Source: Verrucomicrobiota bacterium
GTDB taxonomy: Bacteria > Verrucomicrobiota > Verrucomicrobiia > Opitutales > Seribacteraceae
DNA length: 64,000 nucleotides
Direction of reading: 5' to 3'
Assembly: GCA_027622665.1 (NCBI GenBank)
Contig: JAQBYT010000003.1
Location: 1-64,000 of the forward strand
This document shows positions 11,108-20,200 of the stretch, piece by piece (within the stretch, counting starts at the first letter, position 1; each line of letters begins with the position of its first letter). The notes beneath the pieces are model-generated. The model saw only the letters and a list, made by a program, of their open reading frames with translations. It was not told where the DNA came from and did not search any database. Position numbers and translations under genes: made by a program.

Positions 11108-11815
11108 GTGTCTGCAATGATTGGGAAGCACGACACACTCGCTCAACTCAAGGGAGGCTTGATCGTATCCTGTCAGGCGCCGCCCTCGCCTTCCCTAGAA
11201 GATGCTGATATACTCGCGGCCATTGCCGAAGCCGTGGTAGCGGGTGGAGCCGTCGGCATACGCGCCGACGGCCCAGAGAACATTCGGGCTATTCGCAAAC
11301 GAACAAAAGTCCCTGTCATTGGCATATGGAAGCGAACTTACCCCGATTCGGAAGTTTTCATAACCCCTCGATTGAAAGACGTTATCGCAGTAGCCGATGC
11401 GGGTACGGAAATCGTGGCTCTCGATGCCACCTCGCGTCCGCGACCCGATGGAGAAACTCTAGAAATGATCGTCCAGGGGGCGAAGGCTCATTGCGCCTCC
11501 CTACTGATGGCAGACGTAAGTAATTACGAGGAAGGATTACGGGCTATCGATCTGGGTTTTGACTTGGTGAGCACCACGCTGTCGGGTTATGTCAACGACT
11601 CCACAGAAACACCGGTAGGCCCTGACTTGGATTTGGTAGAGCGACTGTCACGTCATTTAGGAGACTCCACCCCTGTGATCGCCGAGGGTCGAATTTCCAC
11701 GCCCGAGCAAGCCGCCGAAGCCATAGACAGAGGAGCCTTCTGCGTTGTCGTTGGAACTGCGATCACCCGACCACAATCCTTAACACAAGCTTTTTGCAAA
11801 GGCATGCACAAGTAA
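11108..11815 (+). CDS. nanE: N-acetylmannosamine-6-phosphate 2-epimerase
   Basis: GGLIVSCQA; GGAVGIRA; PVIGIWKR; VFITP; LMADVS; STTLSGY; IAEGRI; VVVGTAITRP. GTG start, alternative ATG at 11117. Confidence 0.92.
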   Translation: MSAMIGKHDTLAQLKGGLIVSCQAPPSPSLEDADILAAIAEAVVAGGAVGIRADGPENIRAIRKRTKVPVIGIWKRTYPDSEVFITPRLKDVIAVADAGTEIVALDATSRPRPDGETLEMIVQGAKAHCASLLMADVSNYEEGLRAIDLGFDLVSTTLSGYVNDSTETPVGPDLDLVERLSRHLGDSTPVIAEGRISTPEQAAEAIDRGAFCVVVGTAITRPQSLTQAFCKGMHK

Positions 11816-11857
11816 TCTCAACCAAAAAGAAACGGACTAATAACCAAGACTCTTTGC

Positions 11858-13501
11858 TTATTTGTCAGTAGCGCCGCCAAGGGTGACACTGATGCCGTAC
11901 TTGGTCTGCAGATGAGCATGGGCCAGACTGGCGTATCGGCTCTTTGGGTATTTTTTGCAGGTGACTTGGAAGGATTTTATGGCATTTTCCTTCTTCCCCG
12001 CCATTTCGTAAAATTGAGCGATTCGGTGCTGGGATCGATCCGCAACGTCATCGTGAGACTTGGCCTGATTAAGAAGAACGAGCCCCTCGGTCCATTTTTT
12101 GAGGTGGCGATTGCATTCGGCCATACGGAAATAGCCTTCGGGATAATTATCGGTTTGCCGGTAGGACTGAATAGCTTGAGGCCACTGCCCCTTTTGTTCA
12201 TAGCATTCGGCGATACCCCAGTTCCAGTCGGAATGACGCTCGGGATCTACGGTAAGAAGATTTCGGTAAGTGGCAATCGCCTTGTCCCATTGATGAGATT
12301 CACGCCATGTTGAAACGATGTCCTGTTGCCAAGTCGCTTCTCGTTCCTTGTCGAGACCGACAAGCGCCAAGTAGTGTCGCACGGCCTCCTCGTACTTCTT
12401 TTCCTCGCGAAAAGAACCTGCTACGGCTCTACGGCCATTCACCTTGTCGGCATAACGACCGTAGACTGAACGGGCTTGATCCATACGCTTCTTCGACTTA
12501 TGCCAAGCGGCGATAGCTCCAAGGACTCCATCGTCCATACCGAGGATTTTACCCATTCGTTCATAGGCGGCGATGACCTCCTTATCCCTATCGAGAGTCT
12601 TGTGAATACTTGCGATTCGACCAAGGACGTCGCGCGCCTGCGCCTTTGACTTATCCCTCGAGAGATCGGCAGGGAGACGTTCTTCAAGAAATGAGATCAC
12701 TTGCCCAGCTAGCTTCTCTGCCCTTGGCTTGGTCGCATCCGTTTGGAAAAGCTGTCCGGCGGCACTGGCTCCGATCTCGTGAACGTAACGCAAGAGTTCC
12801 GCATTATCCTTCTCGAAATAAGCCTTAAGGGCTTCAACTCCCTTTGGGAATTCACCTTCTCTAAAATGGTACATGGCCAGACTACGGGAAGCCATGGAAC
12901 GATGAGGCGCTGTTTCCTGGGTCTTGGCTGTCTTAAAGGCGATCGCTGTCCAAAGTTCCACTTGCCGTTCCTCGTCCTTGCGGGTAGCGGCGATGGCGAG
13001 CAACTCAACTCGAGCAAGAGTTGCCAAATAGTGCTCGGGATAGTCAATCACCACTGATTCGAATACCTTCTCGGCCTTCTTGGGTTCACCTTGAAGTAGA
13101 TGACAATTTCCGATCATGAAGGAGGAAAGAATGGCCTCGTTGCTGTCGGGCCAGTAATCGATGACCGATTTGAAACCCTCCCGAACAGCAGTGTTTACCA
13201 AACGAAGCTTAATCTGACAGTGAGACCACATGAGCAAGGAGTAGGGTCCGCCTATACTACGTTCGTAGAGAGTGAGAAACTTTTCGTATTCAGAAGCCGC
13301 AGCCTTGTAATCGCCGGATAAATAGAATTTCTCGGCGATTTGCAGTTGGTATCGTTCAATTTCTCGCAACTTGGCAAACGCTTCCAGCGGCATTTGCTCG
13401 AGATAAGCGAGACGGGCGGCAAATAGATCCTCCCCGGCTAGAGTGGCAAGTAATAACGCCGAGGTGAGAATTAATCTGATTTTTTTCGTGAATCCAGCCA
13501 T
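11858..13501 (-). CDS. Exported tetratricopeptide-repeat protein
   Basis: Start re-placed at MAGFTKKIRLILTSALLLA (signal peptide), overlapping the upstream gene end. Many TPR-like units (EYEKFLTLY, VIDYWPDS, VVIDYPEH, GIAECYEQ, KKYPKS). Confidence 0.82.
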   Translation of the reverse strand: MAGFTKKIRLILTSALLLATLAGEDLFAARLAYLEQMPLEAFAKLREIERYQLQIAEKFYLSGDYKAAASEYEKFLTLYERSIGGPYSLLMWSHCQIKLRLVNTAVREGFKSVIDYWPDSNEAILSSFMIGNCHLLQGEPKKAEKVFESVVIDYPEHYLATLARVELLAIAATRKDEERQVELWTAIAFKTAKTQETAPHRSMASRSLAMYHFREGEFPKGVEALKAYFEKDNAELLRYVHEIGASAAGQLFQTDATKPRAEKLAGQVISFLEERLPADLSRDKSKAQARDVLGRIASIHKTLDRDKEVIAAYERMGKILGMDDGVLGAIAAWHKSKKRMDQARSVYGRYADKVNGRRAVAGSFREEKKYEEAVRHYLALVGLDKEREATWQQDIVSTWRESHQWDKAIATYRNLLTVDPERHSDWNWGIAECYEQKGQWPQAIQSYRQTDNYPEGYFRMAECNRHLKKWTEGLVLLNQAKSHDDVADRSQHRIAQFYEMAGKKENAIKSFQVTCKKYPKSRYASLAHAHLQTKYGISVTLGGATDK

Positions 13502-14952
13502 TTGTTGTACTCCGCGTGAGCATAGAAGATAATGTTTGTTCCCAATTGATAGCAAGCCTCCCAGATTGGCGTAGGCACCCCCGCATGATCGTCCGCCCAT
13601 GCGTCTCCAATGTCGCCGGGGTGATAATACGCGGCAATTCGCCCGTCCACCACCCATGCCAATGCATCCGTTCCGCCATGCGGCGCAACGTAAGGCAAAA
13701 AGGGAATGGGATACGGCACCCGGTGGATGGGATGGTCAAGAGGAACTCTAATGTAAGATATGTTCGGCAGAACTCTTCCCATCAAAGCCTTGAACTGGTT
13801 TCCCCAGTGGGCGCTGCCACCATTGTCGGCAAACAACATGCCGTGCTTTTCGGTCACGTATTGCCGAAGCACATCGGCCTCACTTTTGCCTAAACTGATG
13901 TTTTTCTGCCCCGTCAGGTAAACCACGGGAGGACTTTTCCCGACCGGAAAGTTCTTTAGCTGAGCAACCTTTCGGGTTTCAGGACGTTCGGCGATTTTAT
14001 GCTGCGTCCGCAAGTTGTATTGAATGAGCATGTTGAGATCGGCGTCAATTCCCTGGTCCCAGTCACCCCCTGAGTATTCCATCCTGATGAAGCGAACCTT
14101 CCCCCTGTTCGTTCCGCCGGAGAAACCGGCACCGGCTCCTTTTCCATAACCTACTTGGTAGGCGTGCTTGGTTATCTCCAAAAGCTGAAGCTTTATTTCC
14201 TCAAGGGGCGGCGGGTTGAATATGACCGAACTGAGGGGGTTGATAATGAACTTCTTCTTTATCACCTTCTGCACCTTGACCACCTGCTGGAGCTGCTTCT
14301 GCTCTCCTCCTCCGGCAGGCATCTCGTATAGTTCTTGGCAACCCGATGCCTGCAACAAGAGCAAAACAATCAAGATGAAAACGAAAAGATAACCAAAGAG
14401 GACGGAGAGTGACTGACGGAGCTTTTGCCTTTTGTGGCCATAGAACCATGCATCCATGTCCAACGGGTTCCAGATACGAGAACCCGTTGCCACGCCTACG
14501 ACCGACTCGTGCATGGACTGAAGCGGACCCACTCGGGCCAATGCCCCGGAAATCTCCAATCGGGCAACCTGCAGCGTACGAGACTTACGCTCCACCCAAA
14601 AAGTGGTCCAACCCAAACCCGTAACAAAGGTTATGCAGAGCCCAACCCTCGCCGCCATTGCTTTAAGGGTCATCCACCCCATTTCATAAAAGGCGAAAGT
14701 CAACAAGTGCCAAATGGGGAAGATACAGAAGCTGTAAATGGCGAAGCGAACCAGCGGACTTTCTTTCCCGGCTCGATGAAGCCACCAGCCAACGGGCAAA
14801 ACTGAAGCAGCAAACCCGACTCGCTGTATCTCGGCAGGAATTTGATACAGGGAGAGCCAATCGAACCAAAGGTAAAACCAACCTGCCGCTAAAATGGAGG
14901 TTAGAACGATCGGCTGACGAAGAGATCGTGAGACCGTTGCAGCTTCGCTCAT
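13471..14952 (-). CDS. Membrane-anchored DUF4159 domain protein
   Basis: About five N-terminal hydrophobic helices, a Q/K/P/G-rich linker, then RFIRMEYSGGDWD, PVVYLTG, GMLFADNGG, PLDHPI, PGDIGDAW, QLGTNIIFYA. Start placed at MSEAATVS. Confidence 0.8.
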   Translation of the reverse strand: MSEAATVSRSLRQPIVLTSILAAGWFYLWFDWLSLYQIPAEIQRVGFAASVLPVGWWLHRAGKESPLVRFAIYSFCIFPIWHLLTFAFYEMGWMTLKAMAARVGLCITFVTGLGWTTFWVERKSRTLQVARLEISGALARVGPLQSMHESVVGVATGSRIWNPLDMDAWFYGHKRQKLRQSLSVLFGYLFVFILIVLLLLQASGCQELYEMPAGGGEQKQLQQVVKVQKVIKKKFIINPLSSVIFNPPPLEEIKLQLLEITKHAYQVGYGKGAGAGFSGGTNRGKVRFIRMEYSGGDWDQGIDADLNMLIQYNLRTQHKIAERPETRKVAQLKNFPVGKSPPVVYLTGQKNISLGKSEADVLRQYVTEKHGMLFADNGGSAHWGNQFKALMGRVLPNISYIRVPLDHPIHRVPYPIPFLPYVAPHGGTDALAWVVDGRIAAYYHPGDIGDAWADDHAGVPTPIWEACYQLGTNIIFYAHAEYNKWLDSRKKSD

Positions 14953-14977
14953 GGAACTGTGAAAAGAATAGGCCGAA

Positions 14978-15466
14978 TCAAATGTCGTCAAGCCCGTTGA
15001 GCAGGTCCTCTCCAGAGGAATCGAGAGGGTTGGATTTGGGATCTGCAACCTTCTGCTCGCCGATACCCAATGCATCGGCTGTAGATTGCTCGGGAGTCCT
15101 CAGTGGCTTCTCGCCTGCTTCGCCTGCCTCCGGTTCGTACTCGGATTCCTTTTCTTGCTCGGTTGACGAGGCACCTGCAGAAGGCGTCTCATCACGGGCG
15201 AGCTTTTCAGCTTCCTGATTTTGCTTCAGGTAAAAAGGCACGGCAGAAAGAATGAAAAGAAGAACCGCCATAAACACAGTCGCCGAGACCAAGCTTTTTC
15301 CAAGATGACTCTCGGCCACGGCTCCCATCATTTCTTTTGGGCTCTTTCCTTTGAGGTTTGCGAGAAACTCACGGAGTTCGCCGACCACCGCTTGTCCGTT
15401 CTCCCCAAGACGCTCAATATCTCTTTTGGGGCTCATGACAGGTTTTACAATTGGTTCTTCACTCAT
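14978..15466 (-). CDS. Hypothetical single-pass membrane protein with acidic low-complexity C-terminal tail
   Basis: One hydrophobic helix (LVSATVFMAVLLFILSAVPFYL) followed by an E/P/A-rich tail; co-oriented within the cluster. Confidence 0.7.
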   Translation of the reverse strand: MSEEPIVKPVMSPKRDIERLGENGQAVVGELREFLANLKGKSPKEMMGAVAESHLGKSLVSATVFMAVLLFILSAVPFYLKQNQEAEKLARDETPSAGASSTEQEKESEYEPEAGEAGEKPLRTPEQSTADALGIGEQKVADPKSNPLDSSGEDLLNGLDDI

Positions 15467-15498
15467 GGTTACGTTGATTTCCTGAAAAAGTTTCTCGG

Positions 15499-15903
15499 CT
15501 ATTTTCTCTGTTTTTCGAGTACATGATGAATTTCGCCCCCGGCTTTGCTTACAGCCTCGATGACGGGCTCGAAGTGGATGGCGGTTGCATCCTTATGCAC
15601 CTTAAGCAATACGGTGCGTTTATTCTGTTCCGCGTTTCCAAGAAGATCAGTGAGAGCTTTCGCCAATTGCCCTTGGGCGATCGGACGACCATTCAAATAA
15701 CTTTTGTTATCTACGTCGATGACGACACTGGCTTTATAGTTCTTCGCCTGCTCCAACTTTTCTTCAGCTGCGGGTTCCCAGCGAAGATGGCTATCATCCT
15801 GAGCACGGGCTAGAATAACGAAGAAGATAAGCAAAAGGAAGGCGATGTCGCCCATAGCCATGGAGGGAACCGATGCCTCGAAACTGCGTTTGGGAATTTT
15901 CAT
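15499..15903 (-). CDS. ExbD/TolR family protein
   Basis: MGDIAFLLLIFFVI transmembrane helix with the conserved Asp; periplasmic domain VLLKVHKD...VIEAVSKAGG. Confidence 0.88.
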   Translation of the reverse strand: MKIPKRSFEASVPSMAMGDIAFLLLIFFVILARAQDDSHLRWEPAAEEKLEQAKNYKASVVIDVDNKSYLNGRPIAQGQLAKALTDLLGNAEQNKRTVLLKVHKDATAIHFEPVIEAVSKAGGEIHHVLEKQRK

Positions 15904-15907
15904 CGTT

Positions 15908-16330
15908 TCAGTTTACGATATGTGCTTGCTCCTCTTCGATTTGGAGCGTGACGATTCCACCGGCTTTCTCGATAAGTCCCGTGACGTTTATCCAACGTTC
16001 GTACGAAACGTCCTTGCGGGATTTCAGGACGACTACCTTATCCTCTTTCCTTTCCTTTCGAGCGAGCACGCTCGCCAAGCGAGGGGCAAAGGTCTTATTG
16101 GGGACGGGATCACCATTCAGTATGACGGCGGTTCGAGTTAGTTCCACTTCGGGGTTCTGGCTTTGGTTCTTTTTATCGGGCTCTTCTTCGCTCTTGGGAA
16201 TTTCCTGAGGTCGGCCTTGCTCGGGTTGAACAGATGCGCAAACAAGAAAAAAGATAATTAGGATGAAAGCTATGTCGCTGGAAGCGCCTGCAGGGGGTTC
16301 CACCAAAAGTTTGTTCCGCCGGAGCTTCAT
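15908..16330 (-). CDS. ExbD/TolR family protein
   Basis: SSDIAFILIIFFLV transmembrane helix with the conserved Asp; VVVLKSRKDVSYERWINVTGLIEKAGG. Confidence 0.88.
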   Translation of the reverse strand: MKLRRNKLLVEPPAGASSDIAFILIIFFLVCASVQPEQGRPQEIPKSEEEPDKKNQSQNPEVELTRTAVILNGDPVPNKTFAPRLASVLARKERKEDKVVVLKSRKDVSYERWINVTGLIEKAGGIVTLQIEEEQAHIVN

Positions 16331-17220
16331 TCCTCGCTTACCTTCGCGGCAGTCTTGCGACGGGTGGAACGGCGTTTGGTTTTCTTCGATTCATCTTCAT
16401 GACGATCAAGAGTTAGACGAACGGTAACCACTTCTATGAGCTCCGCTGAAGTGCCCTCGACCTCAAGAACGAAACCGTTAATAATACTGGTGAAGTAATT
16501 GAAGAATATATATGCGGGGATGCCCACGATGAGACCGAAGCATGTGGTGAGCAACGCAACCTGAATACCTGAAGCCGCGGCTTCGACAATGTTCACCTCG
16601 CCCATTTTCTCAACGATGTCGGAAAACGCCACGATCATACCTTGCACTGTCCCGAGGAAACCGAGCATGGGAGCAACGCTGGAAATGGTAGCCAGAATGG
16701 GCAGATGTCTCTCAAGGGCCGCGACAACATGAACGCCATAATTTTCCATGCTCTTAACGACCTGTTCTTCAATCTGGGCTTGATCATGTCCTAGTTTTTT
16801 CAGGACGAGATACTTTCGGAGACCATTGGAAAGCATAGCGGCCACCGGGCCACGTTCGCTTTCGCATAGGTAAAGGGCGTCCTCCGGCTTGTCGTCCGAG
16901 AGAAGGTCGATTACTTCTTGCCGAAGCTTTTCGCCGTCAGAGTCCAACATCTTGAGGCTACGCCAACGTTCGATCACAACCGCCATGCCAACGATCGCCA
17001 GAATGAGCAACGGCCACATAAAGAAACCACCTTCCAGGAGCAAGCCGATGGCGCCCTCCTGCATCACGAGCTCCAACCAAGTGGGCTCCGCAACTACCTC
17101 TGCGACTTGCTCGGCAACGTCGGCGCCATTGGTCACCGCGACAGAGGAGTTGGCATCCGTCGCGTTCGCATCGGTAGCGTTTGTCTCGGCGGCTTGTGCG
17201 AGAAAAATAGGGAAAGTCAT
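16327..17220 (-). CDS. MotA/TolQ/ExbB proton channel family protein
   Basis: GGFFMWPL; VIER; LATISSVAPMLGFLGTVQGMI; GIQVALLTTCFGLIVGIP. Confidence 0.93.
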   Translation of the reverse strand: MTFPIFLAQAAETNATDANATDANSSVAVTNGADVAEQVAEVVAEPTWLELVMQEGAIGLLLEGGFFMWPLLILAIVGMAVVIERWRSLKMLDSDGEKLRQEVIDLLSDDKPEDALYLCESERGPVAAMLSNGLRKYLVLKKLGHDQAQIEEQVVKSMENYGVHVVAALERHLPILATISSVAPMLGFLGTVQGMIVAFSDIVEKMGEVNIVEAAASGIQVALLTTCFGLIVGIPAYIFFNYFTSIINGFVLEVEGTSAELIEVVTVRLTLDRHEDESKKTKRRSTRRKTAAKVSEE

Positions 17221-17242
17221 AATATGGGCTTCTAGCAATTAA

Positions 17243-20200
17243 CTACTCGTCGAGATTGGCTTCCTTCTCGAACTGGCTAAGCATCTCGGGCAAGGCCAAT
17301 CTGCCTCGCGAGTACTTGGCGGCATCGCTTTCGGGGAAGTCCCAGCGGCATCGATTATAACGCTGGAAAGCGAGCGGTACGTTTTTGCCCATCCGATAGC
17401 TTTCACCGCCCCAAAACAGAGCTTCGGAACAGAGCTTTTCATCGGGGAAACGCTTGACGAAATCATCGAAGGCAGTAGCTGCATCCACATAGCCCTCTCT
17501 CTTGTAGTGACACTGACCTACGCGGAATGCCATCTTGGGAGACCATTGATGCGACTCAAAACGATCAATGAACTTGATCCCCACTTGAGCGGCGATGTCG
17601 AACACCTCGCGCTTGTAGAAGTACTCGGAAATGCGAATCATGGCGTTGGCGATCAGGGGACTCTTCGGATAAGTTGAAGCAAGGGTAACGTAAGCCTCCA
17701 AGGCGTCATCAAAACGTTCGGCCTCCTCATAAGCTTGGGCCAACTTGTATTGGGCATCAGCGGCAAGGGGGTGTTCGGGGAAATTCCTGACAATCGTTTC
17801 GTACGCCTCAATGGCACCTCCCCACTCCTTCAGTTCCTGAGCAAATTGTCCGAGGAGATAGTTCATCCGAGGAGCGTACTTCGGGTCCGGGTAATCCTCT
17901 ACGAGCTGCTTGAGGGCGAGACGACCGTGCCCTAAGTTGCGAGAAGCCTCTTCTTCACGACCCAACTTGCGGTGACTCTTGAAGAGCTCGAAATAACTTT
18001 CCGCAACGTGAAACTGGGTACGCACGGCAAGCTCTTCATCAGCGAAAACCTTGCTGAAAGAAGATATGATGCCATCGGCTCCAATGGAGACGGCGGACTC
18101 GGAAGTAACGACGAGGGAACCTTCTTCCGTATTGGCTACAGGATCATGGTAGGACGCGGAAAGAAGATCACCGAAGAAGGTTTCGAGAGAGACATTTTCA
18201 TCGAGGTTGCCAATAGTTGGCTTTTCCACTGCGGTAAGGCGAAAGGATCCGGTAAAAACCCCGCTGTGGCTTAGCGTTTCCTCCAATGTAACGGTTTCCA
18301 TCTCGCCAAGTTTAGTCTCAATCTTAACCTCGGCTAGATCTCGCTCATTGGAGACGTCACGATCAGGGTCGATGACGCGTAGGTATAGCTTTTCTCCTAC
18401 ATACAAGAGTTCCGCGGAGTCCTCGTACTCGGAATCGGTAATGGCGAGAGAACCATCCGCAACCATCTTGCCTTTTGAACTAAGGATTGTTCCATTTGTC
18501 TCATCCGGACGTTCGACGTCCTTATAGCCAACCGTGACTAGATCCGCTCCGGAAAGGTTTACGACTCGCATCGTAAGATCAGGTCCATCAGACTCTACTT
18601 CTTCCTCGGGAGAAACCAGGCCCCCGGAAAGATTCCTGGGAGCATCAACCCCCGCAGGGATAACTTCGGGACTGCCCGAACCGCCAAGACGGAGCAAGGC
18701 CTGCCCCACGAATCGACCTTCGTATAGCGGCCAGTTGGTGAAACCAAGAGGTGCGGTAGTCGCTTTCCCAAAGGATGTCGAGAGTTCGCACTCAAGAATG
18801 GCCTCGCGAGATGAATTCCCCTCGCCGACCAGTACCTTCACTCGTATGGTGGACAGGCTATCTTTTGCTGCATCGGGATCGATAACTTCGACAGCAAGGG
18901 GCATCTCGTACGCAAAACCGACCACTTCATCGGACTCCTCGCGCCTTGGGAGGTAAGTGGCCTTGGGCTGTCCGAGAGTAGAACGAACATAGCGGGTCTC
19001 CACGATCCGGACTGCTCCGTCGGTAGGTTGACGAACGAAAACAAGCCCTTCTCTAGCAAAGGAATGACCGGGAAAGGTGTTTTGCGGATCAACGTAACGG
19101 AGGTTAACACGGTCTCCGACTGATACGGCGAGTTTGCCTTCCTCTTCCTCTACGGAAGTATCGACCTCCGTCCGAAAGACGCCCGTATTTTCACCGGTTT
19201 CAATGGCTTCGAGGCGCATGGGCGCATCGGAATTACGGAAGACCTCGATACTCAACTTGTCGACCTCGGCCGTGACATCCATATCGTAATCGGTAACCTC
19301 GATGACGATTCGTTCGCCCGGGTCGATACGCATCAAATCCTTCTCCGTCTGGTTGACTTGTCCGTTTCCTGACCGGACAAACTCGTAGCTGATGGGACGG
19401 ATTTTGGCATTGTAATAGGTAGCCGTAAGAGTCTTGGTGAGCAGTCGATTCTTCAACCCTCCTCGGGCAAATTCGTCAACGTAACTTGCGGTAACAACAT
19501 CGCCAGCAGTAATTTCGAGCACGTCGTTTTCGGCCATGGCCAAAACATCCGCCTCCGTAGGTACCAAAAGCTTGTCCCCGGCTTTGACTTCGACTTGATT
19601 GATCGCCAACGACTGGCCAACGTACTCATCAAAGATCAGCTCAACATGCCGGAGGTGAGAAGGTGGAATCGAGAAGTTCCAGTTGGAACCCTTTTTCGCA
19701 AGCTTTACCTTTTGCTCTTCCTTTTTAGAATCCTCGGCAAGATCGATTCCGGATAAGTCAAAGTCCGCAGGACGGAAAGCGCCAATGGCGACCTGCTCGA
19801 CGTTGGGGTTTTCACGGGCACGAGTGACAAGTGTGCCTAGTTGCGGATTGTGAACATAGGCGACAACGGTCAACTCGTGAGCGCCGGCCTCGAGAAAAAC
19901 ATCAACAGATCGAGCTTTTCGGATTACTTTTTCATCACCGGGAAGGACTAGCTTCCCATTGACCATTATAGCCGCATTGTCTGCCAGAACGTTGAACCTA
20001 GTGGCACCCGCTTTGAGTTGCGCATACAAACCCGACCAGACAACCACGCGAGCCTTCTTCGCCTCTTTCCCGCCTTCTTCTGCAACTTCCGTGGAAAGCA
20101 TCCAATCGAGCTCGGACACCTCCATGGTTTCCTCCGGTTCACGACCGTCAAGACGAGTAGCAAAGGCGTCCCAAGAATGTAAGTTGACATTCCCCGGAGA

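Noticed and set aside
15499..17220. Calling the motor genes a standard tolQR or exbBD-tonB locus
   Set aside because: No tolA, tolB, pal or tonB is adjacent, so only family-level names are given.
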